Positions 48,713-58,678 are shown, counted from the first letter of the stretch. The stretch is DNA of 64,000 nucleotides from Alphaproteobacteria bacterium (GCA_965214705.1 OZ243972.1:1696001-1760000), one strand, 5' to 3'. The notes: generated by a model from the sequence alone, not told the origin. Program-made: numbers and translations.

Positions 48713-49588
48713 ATGCGCGTGGAATTCGGCGAAGGAATCGACATCTTGACACGGGCTTATCCCAGGCTCAGTCGTCAGCTCAAGAAGTCTGCCGCCTATA
48801 TCATGGAGCATCCGAGCGAGGTTGCCACGTTCTCCATGCGCCGGTTGGCGGCGAGGGCAGGGGTGCCTCCAAGCACCATGAACCGGCTCGCCAAGGAGGT
48901 TGGCTTCCGAACTTACGAAGAGTTTCGCGCGCTCTTCCGCGATAGTATCAACGACCAAGCGACGGTTTATTCCCTTCAGGGCGGCCAAGTACATGTGGCC
49001 GCCCGCGAAGACAAATTCGACCACTATCTCAATGCCTTTCAACAGGCGGCGCTGACCAATATCCATGCCTTGTTCGACCACATCGATCGCGCGGCCCTGG
49101 AGCGGGCGGTGCAGGCGTTGGCGGACGCGCGCACCGTACTCGTGATCGGGCTGTTCACATCCGAGTCATCCGCCAACTACCTGCACCATGTGGCGGCCAC
49201 AGGGTTTCACAACTGGCACCTGCTGGTGCCCAATAGCGCCGAGTACTTTCAACTGTTGGGAGCCTTGGCGCCCGGCGATGTCGTCGTCTGCATCGCCGTC
49301 GAGCCTTGCGCGTCCGAATCCATCAAGGTTGCCCGGCACGCTCGGGAGGCGGGTGTGCGGGTCATCGGCGTCACCGACCGGCGCACGTCGCCCTTGGCCG
49401 CAAGCGCGGACGACATCCTGCTGATCTCGGTCCACAGCCCGAACATTTTCCCGTCTCACGTCGGCGCCACCGCCCTCGTGGAACTGCTGGTCGGTATGAT
49501 CGCGGCGCGCGACGAACGCTCGGTTGCGGAGAACGTGGAAAATACGGAGCGTTCGCGCCGAAAGATGGGTGACTATTGGAGCGAATGA
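48713..49588 (+). CDS. MurR/RpiR family regulator
   Basis: N-terminal HTH (LAARAGVPPSTMNRLAKEVGF) plus SIS domain (VIGVTD...SPLA). Confidence 0.9.
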   Translation: MRVEFGEGIDILTRAYPRLSRQLKKSAAYIMEHPSEVATFSMRRLAARAGVPPSTMNRLAKEVGFRTYEEFRALFRDSINDQATVYSLQGGQVHVAAREDKFDHYLNAFQQAALTNIHALFDHIDRAALERAVQALADARTVLVIGLFTSESSANYLHHVAATGFHNWHLLVPNSAEYFQLLGALAPGDVVVCIAVEPCASESIKVARHAREAGVRVIGVTDRRTSPLAASADDILLISVHSPNIFPSHVGATALVELLVGMIAARDERSVAENVENTERSRRKMGDYWSE

Positions 49589-49609
49589 TCCGAGACTTTT
49601 GCGATCCGA

Positions 49610-49653
49610 ATGAGTGAAAGCCTCGGTTTAACCGGCTCGTTCGTTCCATTCCG
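49610..49653 (+). repeat. 44-bp direct repeat, copy 1
   Basis: ATGAGTGAAAGCCTCGGTTTAACCGGCTCGTTCGTTCCATTCCG; 41/44 identical to 57628-57671. Confidence 0.9.
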
Positions 49654-49960
49654 AAGTGCAGCGTCGCCGGCGACTGGGAGAGATAGGCGGTCCCGAGCCG
49701 CACCTCCTGCACTTGGTCGCCCGAGGCCGTCCGCACCGTGACCCGCGCGCCGATGGCCAACGGGTTGGCGTGCTGGCCTGCGAGGTCGATCGCGAGCCAA
49801 TGATGCCCGCTCTCGAAGACGTTGCGATAGGCCGTGGGCGCAGCGCCGTGACTGGCGATGAGAATGTCCACCCGGCCGTCGCCGTCGTAGTCGGCGGCGG
49901 CCATCGAGTAGACTGAGCGGTCGGTTCCAGTGCCGAACGGGGTGGGCATTGCCACGGACC
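49654..49960 (-). pseudogene. Fragment of an FG-GAP/ASPIC-UnbV (CRTAC1-like) gene
   Basis: AADYDGDGRVDI, YRN...HWL.IDL.G...N..AIGARVTV, YLSQS...LHFG; cut at both ends by repeats. Confidence 0.85.
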
Positions 49961-50134
49961 GGCCTGCCCACAACTTTATTTGTAACTACCCAGGTACCCC
50001 GCCGCCAGATCTGAGTGCGTGCTGATGTTGGTCGCCGCCGGTGCCGTTTGGCCGTCGGCGCATCGATGATCTGCCCCTTGACTGTATAGGCGCGCTCGCC
50101 TATGGGTTGCTCTCTCGCATGAGAGGAGCAGCCG

Positions 50135-50803
50135 GTGGGGTATTTCGGATCGAAGGCGACGACCGGTCTGAGCCAGGCGCTGATTGCGCTGATGCCCCCG
50201 CACTCTGTCTATATCGAGAGCCACTTGGGGGGCGGGGCGCTGATGAAGCGCAAGCCTGCGGCCGTGCGCTTGATCGGGATTGACCGCGACGAGCGGGCGC
50301 TTGAGTCCTTCGACTGTGGCTACCCGGTGGAGTTGGTGCACGGCTGCGCCCACTCCTTTCTGGCCTCGTTCCCGTTCCTGGGCCCGGAGCTGGTCTACAG
50401 CGATCCGCCCTATCTGCACGCGACCCGGCGTTCGTCGCAGCGCTACCGCTTCGAGTACGAGGAGGCCGACCACGTCGCGCTCCTCGAACTGCTCAAGGGT
50501 CTGCCCTGCCAGGTGATGGTCTCGGGCCACCCGTCTGCGCTCTATGACGAGTTGCTGGCGGGCTGGCGCCGGCTGGCGCTGCAGGTGACGACCCAGGCCC
50601 AGGTGCGGACCGAGGTGGTGTGGTTCAACTTCGCGCCCGACCGGGTGCACTGGGCGAGCTGCGCGGGCCGCAACTTCACCGACCGCCAGCGCATCAAGCG
50701 CAAGGCGGCCAACTGGGGCCGGCGCTACGAGGCCATGCCGGCGGGCGAACGCCTGGCGGTGCTGGCCGCGATCATGGCCGTCGAGGCTGACGAGGGTTTG
50801 TGA
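50135..50803 (+). CDS. Compact Dam/D12-like DNA adenine methyltransferase
   Basis: YFGSK, YIESHLGGGA, YSDPPY; lies inside the IS66 IRs. Confidence 0.82.
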   Translation: MGYFGSKATTGLSQALIALMPPHSVYIESHLGGGALMKRKPAAVRLIGIDRDERALESFDCGYPVELVHGCAHSFLASFPFLGPELVYSDPPYLHATRRSSQRYRFEYEEADHVALLELLKGLPCQVMVSGHPSALYDELLAGWRRLALQVTTQAQVRTEVVWFNFAPDRVHWASCAGRNFTDRQRIKRKAANWGRRYEAMPAGERLAVLAAIMAVEADEGL

Positions 50804-52341
50804 CAGTGTCGCGCTGGCACGCGGACCTCGCCGCTCACGACGAGGCTTTCGCGTGCCTGCAGGACCTTTTCACCCCACAATCCTTCGCGATGACCGCCGT
50901 CAAAGCCATCCGGGAATGGGGCCAGGGGCTGCTTCGCCTGAGCGCGGCGCTGGTCAAGGAGAACGACGCGCTGGAGCGGGAGAACGCCCGCTTGCGCGAG
51001 CGGATCGCCGAACTTGAGCGCAGCGCCGCGCTCGACAGCACCACCAGCTCCAAGCCGCCGGCCAGCGACGGCCTGAAGAAGAAGAGCGGAGACCAGGAGA
51101 AGCGCACCCGGAGCCGGCGCGGCAAATCCGACAGGCCCAGCGGCGGTCAGCCGGGCCACAAGGGAACCACCCTGGAGCGGACCGAGAACCCGGACCACGT
51201 CGTGGATCATGATCCGTCCGCCTGTGAGGGCTGCGGCGCGCCGCTGTCGGACGCCGACCGTCACGGAGCCCCCGTCTGCCGGCAGGTCTTCGATGTGCCC
51301 GAGCCGCAGCCCCTCGAGGCCACCGAGCATCGCGGCCATCGCTGCCTCTGCGCCGCCTGCGGTACCATGACAACAGCCGCCTTCCCGAACGGCGTGAGCG
51401 CCCCGGTCCAGTACGGGCCGCGCATCACCGCGTGGGTGACCTACCTGCTGCACGCTCAGTTCATTCCGGAGAAGCGCGTCGCCGAGGTCATGAGCGATCT
51501 CTTCGCGGTCAAGATCTCAACGGCCACCATCGCCGCCATGGGCCGGCGCACCGCCCGGCGCTTCGAGGGCTTCCTCGATCGTGTCGCAGAGATCATCCGC
51601 ACCGAAGCCCCGGTCAAACACCTCGACGAGACCGGCATCCGCATCGCCGCCCGGACCCATTGGCTCCACGTGCTGTGCACCCCGTTGCTGACCATCCTGC
51701 GCGTCGCCAGCGGGCGCGGCCATTTCGACGAGAAGCTCAACGGCATCGTCATCCATGACGACTATGCCACCTACTTCGCTCTCGAGGGCGTGCGCCACGG
51801 GGCCTGCAACGCCCATCACCTGCGTGAGCTCCAGGCCCTGATCGAGATCGAGAAGGAAGACTGGGCAACGAGCACGCACCAGCTGCTCTCCCGTGCCAAC
51901 AGAGCCGCCCGCTTCGCCCGCAAGAATGATCGCGACGTGCCCGCATCACTGGTCGCCCGCATCTCGCGAGCCTGGGACCGCATCCTCGAACGTGCCATCG
52001 CCGCTCACGAAGAGATGCCGCCGCTCCAGACCGGAAAGCGCGGACGACAAAAGCGCCGCATCGGTCACAACCTCGCGCTCCGGCTCCAGAAGTACAAGGA
52101 GGGGTGCCTGCGCTTCCTCACCGACCCGCGAACCCCGTTCTCGAACAATGAGGCGGAGCGCGATCTGCGAATGGGCAAGCTGCGTCAGAAAATCTCAGGC
52201 GGCTTCCGCTCGATGCAAGGTGCCTGCGACTTCGCCAACCTGCGGTCCGTCATCGCCACCGCTCGAAAACAGCGCTGGAATGTCCTCGAAACCCTGGCGC
52301 ACCCCGATCCCATGCAGCTAATCCCGGTACTGCGCTTCTGA
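50800..52341 (+). CDS. IS66 family transposase (TnpC, ISBst12-like single-ORF type); start may be 50890
   Basis: SSKPPASD, GGQPGH, CxxC...CxxC, LDETG, CNAHHLREL, SNNEAERDLR. Confidence 0.92.
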   Translation: MTVSRWHADLAAHDEAFACLQDLFTPQSFAMTAVKAIREWGQGLLRLSAALVKENDALERENARLRERIAELERSAALDSTTSSKPPASDGLKKKSGDQEKRTRSRRGKSDRPSGGQPGHKGTTLERTENPDHVVDHDPSACEGCGAPLSDADRHGAPVCRQVFDVPEPQPLEATEHRGHRCLCAACGTMTTAAFPNGVSAPVQYGPRITAWVTYLLHAQFIPEKRVAEVMSDLFAVKISTATIAAMGRRTARRFEGFLDRVAEIIRTEAPVKHLDETGIRIAARTHWLHVLCTPLLTILRVASGRGHFDEKLNGIVIHDDYATYFALEGVRHGACNAHHLRELQALIEIEKEDWATSTHQLLSRANRAARFARKNDRDVPASLVARISRAWDRILERAIAAHEEMPPLQTGKRGRQKRRIGHNLALRLQKYKEGCLRFLTDPRTPFSNNEAERDLRMGKLRQKISGGFRSMQGACDFANLRSVIATARKQRWNVLETLAHPDPMQLIPVLRF

Positions 52342-52445
52342 AATCCCCCGCCGCTCCGCTCCACGTCAGCGGCACCAGGCCAGAGGCATCAGTCCATCAC
52401 GCGTGAGTGCTCGGCGGAATCAGACCTGGGCAGTTACCTTTATTT

Positions 52446-52530
52446 GCCGATTTCCTCCAAACGGGGGACGCACAAACTCGTCCGACTCGCCTAACTTTAC
52501 TCTCCCGCGAAACTGTGGAAGCGCGGTCGG
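52446..52530 (+). repeat. Left arm of long inverted repeat; its outer 19 bp were displaced to 49963-49981 by the IS66
   Basis: GCCGATTTCCTCCAAACGGGGGACGCACAAACTCGTCCGACTCGCCTAACTTT matches the reverse complement of ~55948-56000. Confidence 0.85.
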
Positions 52531-52564
52531 GTACCCGACGTCCAGCCCGACCCGGCCCGCCGCC

Positions 52565-55500
52565 TCAAAACCGCGCCGTCAGTCTGAACCCGATCCCGTG
52601 CTCGGGAAGGGCAGTGCCGTTGGCGCTTTCGCGCCGGTGCGCCTCCAGCAGGAACTCCAGCGACCCCGGCCCGGCTCCGGCGCGGGTCAGCCGCCAGCCT
52701 AGGCTGTAGTCGCGGCCCGCCTCCGACAGGCCGAGCCCGAGCTCCGGCGTGACGGTGAACCGGTTGCCGAACATCGCCGACCCGTAGCCGAACCGCGCCT
52801 CCAGGCGGCGCCGCCGCAGATCGTCGCCGTCGTCGTTGGCCGCGAGCCCCGCGAGTGTGCCGTGCTCGAGCAACGCGTCCTTGCCGCCCGATCCGCCCGT
52901 CCCGAACGTCTGGCTCAGCGTCAGCATCGGACCCCGGCCGTTCGAGGGCGGCGGATTCCAGGCGAGCGTTCCGGCGATCCCGCGGTCCCTCAGGTCCGCC
53001 GCCTCGTGGGTCAGCATGCCCCTTCCGTCCAGCGAGACGGTCAGGCCCTGCGCCGGCGACGCCAGCTCGACGCCGCCGCTGATATCCACGCCATGGCCGG
53101 TCTCCGCATCGCCGCCGTCTTGGCGCACCCCGAGCCCCAGGCGGGGCGTCATCGTCGCCCCGTCGCCGAGCGCCAGCGGCCACGAGCCCTCCAGGCCAAG
53201 CCGCAGCCGGGTCACCGACGCCTGCGCTGCGGTCAGGTTGCCGGCGGACGACGATACCCGCGCCGTCGTCGTCCGCACCCAGCGCGCATCCGCCACCGCA
53301 TCGAGGCCAGGACCGTCGCCGCCGACCAGCGTGCCGCGCGCGCCCGCCGCCGCCAGCGTCATCCCGAGATCGGTCTTCAGCGCCGTCCCGTCCGCCTGCG
53401 TCAGCGTCAGCTCGCCCGAGCCGTAGCCCGCCGCGCCCCACACCGACAGATGCTCCGTTAGCGCATAGCCCGTCCAAGGCGTCACCGCCGTCACACCGGC
53501 CTCGATCTCGCCGGAACTCCCGCCCCGGTAGCCGCCCTCGCCGGTGCTGTGCGAGAGCACCAGGCCCGTCGTCCAACGGTCCCAGGCGTAGTCCGCGCCG
53601 AGAAGCGCCGTGGTCACGTCGCCGTCCAGGCTGAGCGTTCCCTCGCGGCCCGCGAAGCGCGTCTGCGCCATCCGGCCCCAGAGCCCGGCAAAACCGCCGC
53701 CGTCCGTCTCCGCCGCCAGCGAGAAGGACGAGCCCAGCAACAGCTCGCGCGGGGTCATCGACCAGGACCCGGGGTGCGACGCGTCCCCTTCCGGCGTCTC
53801 CCCGTTCAGCCACTCCGCCATCGCCACGAGCCGCGCCGCCTCTTCGGCCTCGGCCGCGCCGCCGAACGGCGAAGCCGAAGCCGCGCTGGAGCCGGGATTC
53901 TCAACCCCGGAGGAATTCTCGCCGGAGCGCGACCCCGCCGCAGGCGGCGCAACGCCGATACGCTGACCGCCCACGCCGATCTCCACCCCGGCCGAGGGCG
54001 CCGTGCGCAGCCGCCCCTCCACTGCATCGATCACCTGGTCCGCCACCGTGCGCCCGAACCGCGCCAGCCACGCCTGCGGCAGCGGATCGGAGTTGTAGAT
54101 GGTCCCCGTCGCCTCCCCTCTGGCGATGGTGATCGTCCGCGACGCGTCGTTGCACAGCCGCGCGTTGCTGATCTTCACCTTCACCGTCTCGCCGTTGTCG
54201 TTGACGTCGTCGTCCACCATCCACACGAACTGTTCCTGCTCGGTGGCCCTGGGCCACATCCACTGCGTCGACTTCGGGCGCGCGAGATAGTCGTCCCCCA
54301 AGTCCGCCGTACCCGTGGTCAGGGTCTCGAAGTCGTAGCAGACGTAGTCGGACAGCCCCCGCGAGAGCCGCACCGGGAAGTCCATCCCGCCGTCGCCCTC
54401 GTTCCCGGTGGTATCGAGGATCCGGATGTCCACGTCCGGCACCGCCGTCGTCGTGGTCGAGGCTGCGTTGATGGTGCCCGTCGCCTGGGCGTCCGTGATC
54501 GTCACGCCTCCGAACTCGGGCCCCGCTGCCGCGATGACCCGCGCGTTGCTGATTTCGCCCAACACCGTCTCGCCGTCGTCGCTCACGGTATCCGCAATCA
54601 GCTCGACGGCGGCTGGCTTCTCGCTCTCCCCCGGCAGGAAGAGGATTCTGTGGCGTGACCTCCAGTAGTCCGCGCCCTCGGTGGCGGTGCCGCCGGACAC
54701 GGTCTCGAAGTCGACCGCGATGGTCTGTTTCGCCGGCTTCGACAGGTGCACGTCGAAGGCCAGATACGCGTCGTTCTCCCGCGCCGTCGTGTTCTCGATC
54801 GAGACGCTCGGCAGCATGTCGGTGTTCATCGCGAGGGTGTCGTAGTGCAGGGTCAGCTCCGGCGAACTGGTGATCCGGGCCCCGCCCCCGGTGCACAGCG
54901 CGCCCCGCGCACTGCAGGGCCGGTTGCCCCGCAGCCGGACGGTGACGGGCTCCCGAGCCTCGATGGGAAGCACCGTCATGCGCCACTGGGCGCTGTCGCC
55001 GCCGATGCGCTTCGCCTTGACCATCCGCCCGTTCGTCACTTCGAAGGCGTGATCGCGTATCTCGCCGTGCGGGGTGCTCACGGCCTCGGTAAGCGTGAGG
55101 TCGAACCTGTAGGTCAGGTCCGCGTAGTAGTCCGCGTGCTCCTGGACGTAGAACTCGGGCGAGGCGAGCGTCGCTGTGACGGATGTTTTGGCCGTGCCCT
55201 TTATCTGCATCTGGAACGCGCGTGCTCCTCCTCCTGCCGACCAAGACGAGGTGCCCCTGGCAGCTTGCTTGTATCTCTGGTTAATGCGCCAACCGGCCGC
55301 GTTGCCCGGATCGATGCCGGTGCTCAGCAACGTTCTCCACCAAGTCGGACCACCGTTAGAGGAACTGTGGCTCGCCACCACCCAATAGGTGCTGCCGGCG
55401 TCCAGGGAGGCATTCGACGGCGCGGAGAATTCGTTCAGCCCGCTCAACAACGACGCGGGGTTCGTCAGCGTGTACAGCACCGTTCCGCTCGGGTTGCCCG

Positions 55501-55939
55501 AGTCGTTCTCGCGTAACGTGAGGGTCAATGTGCCGCTAGTAGGCGCGCTGTTGAAGTCCAGCACGATGCTGTCGAGCGTGTACCCATCGGCGTTGCTCCC
55601 CGTGCGGAAGGGCTGGGCATAGTCGCTACCACCGGGATTACGGGACCCGCTATCTGCTCGCCCGGTATTCGATACAAGGACCGTGCTCTGTGCCTGCGCC
55701 TGCATGGACACCGCGCAGAGCGCGGCGAAGGCCAGCAGAATTCCGGCTGCGGCGCACAAGCCCCGGCGTGCCAGCGCGCGCACCGCCGCCCCGGAGCAGT
55801 GTCCGCGCGCAGCCCCGGAAGGACTCCGCGCCCCAGGCCGGGCCGCGTCGCCCTTGCCCGCGCCGAAAAAAACAAGAGGAACAAACACGCTGCTATAGCG
55901 GTGCACGACGTGCCTCCTCTCCGACCACGTTTCCTCCAT
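52565..55939 (-). CDS. Large secreted/outer-membrane adhesin-like protein with two Calx-beta-like repeats and an autotransporter-like beta-barrel; start uncertain
   Basis: Signal peptide ending AQAQ; two F.V.LS...VDFET..GTA..G.DY...DDGETV repeats; AWLARFGRTVA linker; amphipathic beta strands; terminal Phe. Confidence 0.8.
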   Translation of the reverse strand: MEETWSERRHVVHRYSSVFVPLVFFGAGKGDAARPGARSPSGAARGHCSGAAVRALARRGLCAAAGILLAFAALCAVSMQAQAQSTVLVSNTGRADSGSRNPGGSDYAQPFRTGSNADGYTLDSIVLDFNSAPTSGTLTLTLRENDSGNPSGTVLYTLTNPASLLSGLNEFSAPSNASLDAGSTYWVVASHSSSNGGPTWWRTLLSTGIDPGNAAGWRINQRYKQAARGTSSWSAGGGARAFQMQIKGTAKTSVTATLASPEFYVQEHADYYADLTYRFDLTLTEAVSTPHGEIRDHAFEVTNGRMVKAKRIGGDSAQWRMTVLPIEAREPVTVRLRGNRPCSARGALCTGGGARITSSPELTLHYDTLAMNTDMLPSVSIENTTARENDAYLAFDVHLSKPAKQTIAVDFETVSGGTATEGADYWRSRHRILFLPGESEKPAAVELIADTVSDDGETVLGEISNARVIAAAGPEFGGVTITDAQATGTINAASTTTTAVPDVDIRILDTTGNEGDGGMDFPVRLSRGLSDYVCYDFETLTTGTADLGDDYLARPKSTQWMWPRATEQEQFVWMVDDDVNDNGETVKVKISNARLCNDASRTITIARGEATGTIYNSDPLPQAWLARFGRTVADQVIDAVEGRLRTAPSAGVEIGVGGQRIGVAPPAAGSRSGENSSGVENPGSSAASASPFGGAAEAEEAARLVAMAEWLNGETPEGDASHPGSWSMTPRELLLGSSFSLAAETDGGGFAGLWGRMAQTRFAGREGTLSLDGDVTTALLGADYAWDRWTTGLVLSHSTGEGGYRGGSSGEIEAGVTAVTPWTGYALTEHLSVWGAAGYGSGELTLTQADGTALKTDLGMTLAAAGARGTLVGGDGPGLDAVADARWVRTTTARVSSSAGNLTAAQASVTRLRLGLEGSWPLALGDGATMTPRLGLGVRQDGGDAETGHGVDISGGVELASPAQGLTVSLDGRGMLTHEAADLRDRGIAGTLAWNPPPSNGRGPMLTLSQTFGTGGSGGKDALLEHGTLAGLAANDDGDDLRRRRLEARFGYGSAMFGNRFTVTPELGLGLSEAGRDYSLGWRLTRAGAGPGSLEFLLEAHRRESANGTALPEHGIGFRLTARF

Positions 55940-56019
55940 TTTGCGAGAAAGTTAGGCGAGTCGGGCAAGTTTGTATTTCCCCCGTTTGAGGGAGATTGGC
56001 AAAAAAACTTATGAGCAGG
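55921..56019 (-). repeat. Right arm of long inverted repeat
   Basis: Reverse complement CCTGCTCATAAGTTTTTTTGCCAATCTCCCTCAAACGGGGGAAATACAAACTTGCCCGACTCGCCTAACTTT; 59/72 ungapped matches to the reconstructed left arm, counted by hand. Confidence 0.85.
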
Positions 56020-56438
56020 TATGCCCTTCGGGCGTCGTTCTAATCCGGGCGCGCATACCCTGCACCGCTTCGACGTCGGAAGCCGCCAGACGGGCCTTTC
56101 GGGGCCGTTTGGCCGCTCCGCGTAGAGCGCTGTTCCGCCGCCGTCAACAGCCGGAGCGCAGGTGGATCTTCGCGCGGCGGGACAGCCTGCCGCAGCGAGG
56201 AGGAGCGCGTGGCATCCCCCAATTGGAGGATTGCGCAACCAATTCCTTCTACTACGCTTGGGCTACCGCAACTGGGGTTAAGGGTGAACGACTTCGCGCC
56301 GCAAGCCATATCCGCAGCCCTTGCGTATCCGCCATGAGTGGCACCGTCGCCGCAGGGCCGCACGGGCGCCGGGGGCGGCATCGGAGCAGAACCGGACGGG
56401 GCCGATCGAAACGACGATATCGATAGCGTGCGGGTAAA

Positions 56439-57590
56439 ATGCGCGAGCCCGATGCATTCGAACGGATCGTGGACTCACTCAACGAGGCCATGCTCGACGA
56501 CGCCCACTGGCCGCACGCCTCCGCGCTCATCGAGGAGGCCTGCGGGGCGAGGGGCAACTTTCTGACGTTTGAGGACGGGTTCCCCGCGGACGACATCCGG
56601 TTCTTCTTCGCGAAGACCTACATTCGCGGGGAAGACCGCGCACCATGGCTGGAAGAGTACCTTCGGACCTACTACGCCGTGGACGAATGCCTCCCGCGAT
56701 GGAGGCAGCTCCCGGACAGCAAAATCGTTCACATTGCCAATCTGTTCAACGAAGAGGAACGAAGAACGTCGATCGCCTACAACGAGGCGGCGCCGCGTTT
56801 CGAGTACGAGAACGGCCTGAACGTGCGCCTGGACGGTCCCGGCGGTTCACGCATCCTCTGGGGAGTGGGGAACCCCATCGACTCGAGCGGCTGGGCCACC
56901 TCCCGGCTCGACATGGTCGCGCGGGTTCTTCCCCACCTGCGCCAGTACGTTCGGGTGCGCTCCGCACTGGTGGATGCGGGCGCACTCGGCGCGTCCGCCA
57001 CCGAACTCCTCACCAACACCCGCACCGGAATCATCCAGCTCGACCGGCGCGGGCGGATCGTGGAGACCAACGACGGCGCGCGGGACCTGCTCCGCCGAAA
57101 CGACGGGCTGTCCGACGCGGACGAAGAGTTGCACGCCACCTGGCCGGACGACGACGAAAGGCTCCAGGCGCTGCTGGCCGGGGCGTTGCCGCACCGTCTC
57201 GAACAGGGCGTGAGCGGCTCGATGCTGTTGAGGCGACAATCGCCGCTGCCGCGGTTGGCGCTGCACGTGAAGCCGGTGTCGAGCCGGGACGCGGCCCATC
57301 GCTCCCGGCGCGTGGCCGCGCTCGTGCTGATCGTCGACCCGGTGAGCCGGGCGCGCATCGAGCCGGATCTGGTCGAGGCGATGCTGGGGCTCACGCCGAC
57401 GGAAACCGAGATTGCGGTGATGCTCGCCCAGGGCCAGACCCTGCACCAGATTGCTGCGGGAACCGGTCGCGGATACAGCACCGTGCGCACGCACCTCAAG
57501 CACATATTCGCCAAGCTCGGGGGATCGCGGCAATTCGAGGTGACGCAGGCGGTCCTTGCGCTGTCGAGCCTGCCGAAGACGAAAGACTAG
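56439..57590 (+). CDS. LuxR-type HTH regulator with GAF/PAS-like N-terminus
   Basis: GIIQLDRRGRIVETN; LTPTE...LAQG...STVRTHLKHIFAKLG. Confidence 0.9.
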   Translation: MREPDAFERIVDSLNEAMLDDAHWPHASALIEEACGARGNFLTFEDGFPADDIRFFFAKTYIRGEDRAPWLEEYLRTYYAVDECLPRWRQLPDSKIVHIANLFNEEERRTSIAYNEAAPRFEYENGLNVRLDGPGGSRILWGVGNPIDSSGWATSRLDMVARVLPHLRQYVRVRSALVDAGALGASATELLTNTRTGIIQLDRRGRIVETNDGARDLLRRNDGLSDADEELHATWPDDDERLQALLAGALPHRLEQGVSGSMLLRRQSPLPRLALHVKPVSSRDAAHRSRRVAALVLIVDPVSRARIEPDLVEAMLGLTPTETEIAVMLAQGQTLHQIAAGTGRGYSTVRTHLKHIFAKLGGSRQFEVTQAVLALSSLPKTKD

Positions 57591-57627
57591 GGGCTGGCAG
57601 GCGTGCGTGCGCGGAGGCTGCCGCCGC

Positions 57628-57671
57628 ATGAGTGAAAGCCCCGGTTTAACTGGCTCGTTCGTTCGATTCCG
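57628..57671 (+). repeat. 44-bp direct repeat, copy 2
   Basis: ATGAGTGAAAGCCCCGGTTTAACTGGCTCGTTCGTTCGATTCCG. Confidence 0.9.
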
Positions 57672-57766
57672 CCGCGTGATGGCAGCACCGCGCAAACCGC
57701 GACTGGCGGGGAATGCCGGCTCGTGACACCATGGCGGCACGGCTCATTCGGACGAGAGGCGCCGCC

Positions 57767-58678
57767 ATGACCCCGGAGCAGGTGCTCGCCCATCCCCCCA
57801 AGGTGCTGACCGACGCGCAGCGGGAGGCGTACTTCCGCGACGGCTACCTGCTGCTGGAACGCTTCGTGCCGGAGGACTGGCTCGCCACGCTGCGCGGGCT
57901 CAGCGAGCACTTCATCGACGAGAGCCGGAGCCGGGCCGCCTCGGACGACAGGTTCGACCTGGAATCCGATCATTGCGCGACAGCGCCCCGGCTCAGGCGC
58001 CTGAACCAGCCGGTGGCGCAGCACCCCGATTACTGGCGCTTCGCAAGCCGCTCCTGCATCACCGACCTGGCCGAGGACCTGCTCGGGCCCAACGTGATGT
58101 TCCACCACTCCAAGCTCAACTTCAAATGGTCGGGCGGCGGCGAGGAAGTGAAGTGGCACCAAGACATCCAGTACTGGCCCCACACCAACTACAGCGTGCT
58201 CACCATCGGCGTCTATCTGGAAGACGTGGACGAGACCATGGGGCCCATGGGCGTGATTCCCGGCGCGCACGAGGGCGAGCTGTTCGACCTCTATGACGGG
58301 AACGACTGCTGGGCCGGCGCCATCAGCGAGCAGGACCTCCCTCGGGTGCCGGTGGAGAAGGCGGTCTATCTCCAGGGCCCGGCGGGCTCGGTGACGGTGC
58401 ACCACTGCCGCATGATCCACGGTTCCAAGCCCAACGCCCACCCGGCGCGCTCGCGGCCGCTGCTGCTCAACGCCTTCTCGTCCGCCGACGCACTGCCGGT
58501 GACGGCCTACAATTATCCCTCGACGCATAACGGGGAGCTGGTGCGGGGCGAGCGCCCGCGCTGGATCCACTTCGACCCGAGGCCCTGCCTCCTGCCGCCG
58601 GACTGGTCGGGCGGCTACACCTCGATTTTCGCGCTGCAGCAGGGCGAGGAGCAGGAGCCCCAGGCCGAAGCGGGCTAA
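57767..58678 (+). CDS. Phytanoyl-CoA dioxygenase (PhyH) family 2OG-Fe(II) oxygenase
   Basis: SKLNFK, WHQD, HGSKPN...R. Confidence 0.9.
   Translation: MTPEQVLAHPPKVLTDAQREAYFRDGYLLLERFVPEDWLATLRGLSEHFIDESRSRAASDDRFDLESDHCATAPRLRRLNQPVAQHPDYWRFASRSCITDLAEDLLGPNVMFHHSKLNFKWSGGGEEVKWHQDIQYWPHTNYSVLTIGVYLEDVDETMGPMGVIPGAHEGELFDLYDGNDCWAGAISEQDLPRVPVEKAVYLQGPAGSVTVHHCRMIHGSKPNAHPARSRPLLLNAFSSADALPVTAYNYPSTHNGELVRGERPRWIHFDPRPCLLPPDWSGGYTSIFALQQGEEQEPQAEAG

Larger units (their letters stand above)
49982..52437 (+). mobile_element. IS66-family element with passenger DNA methyltransferase
   Basis: IRs GTAACTACCCAGGT (49982) and ACCTGGGCAGTTAC (52424-52437); 8-bp duplication CTTTATTT at 49974-49981 and 52438-52445. 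Confidence 0.92.

Noticed and set aside
57660-57671. tRNA T-loop-like GTTCGATTCC
   Set aside because: No cloverleaf or acceptor stem; no tRNA or rRNA gene can be supported in the window.
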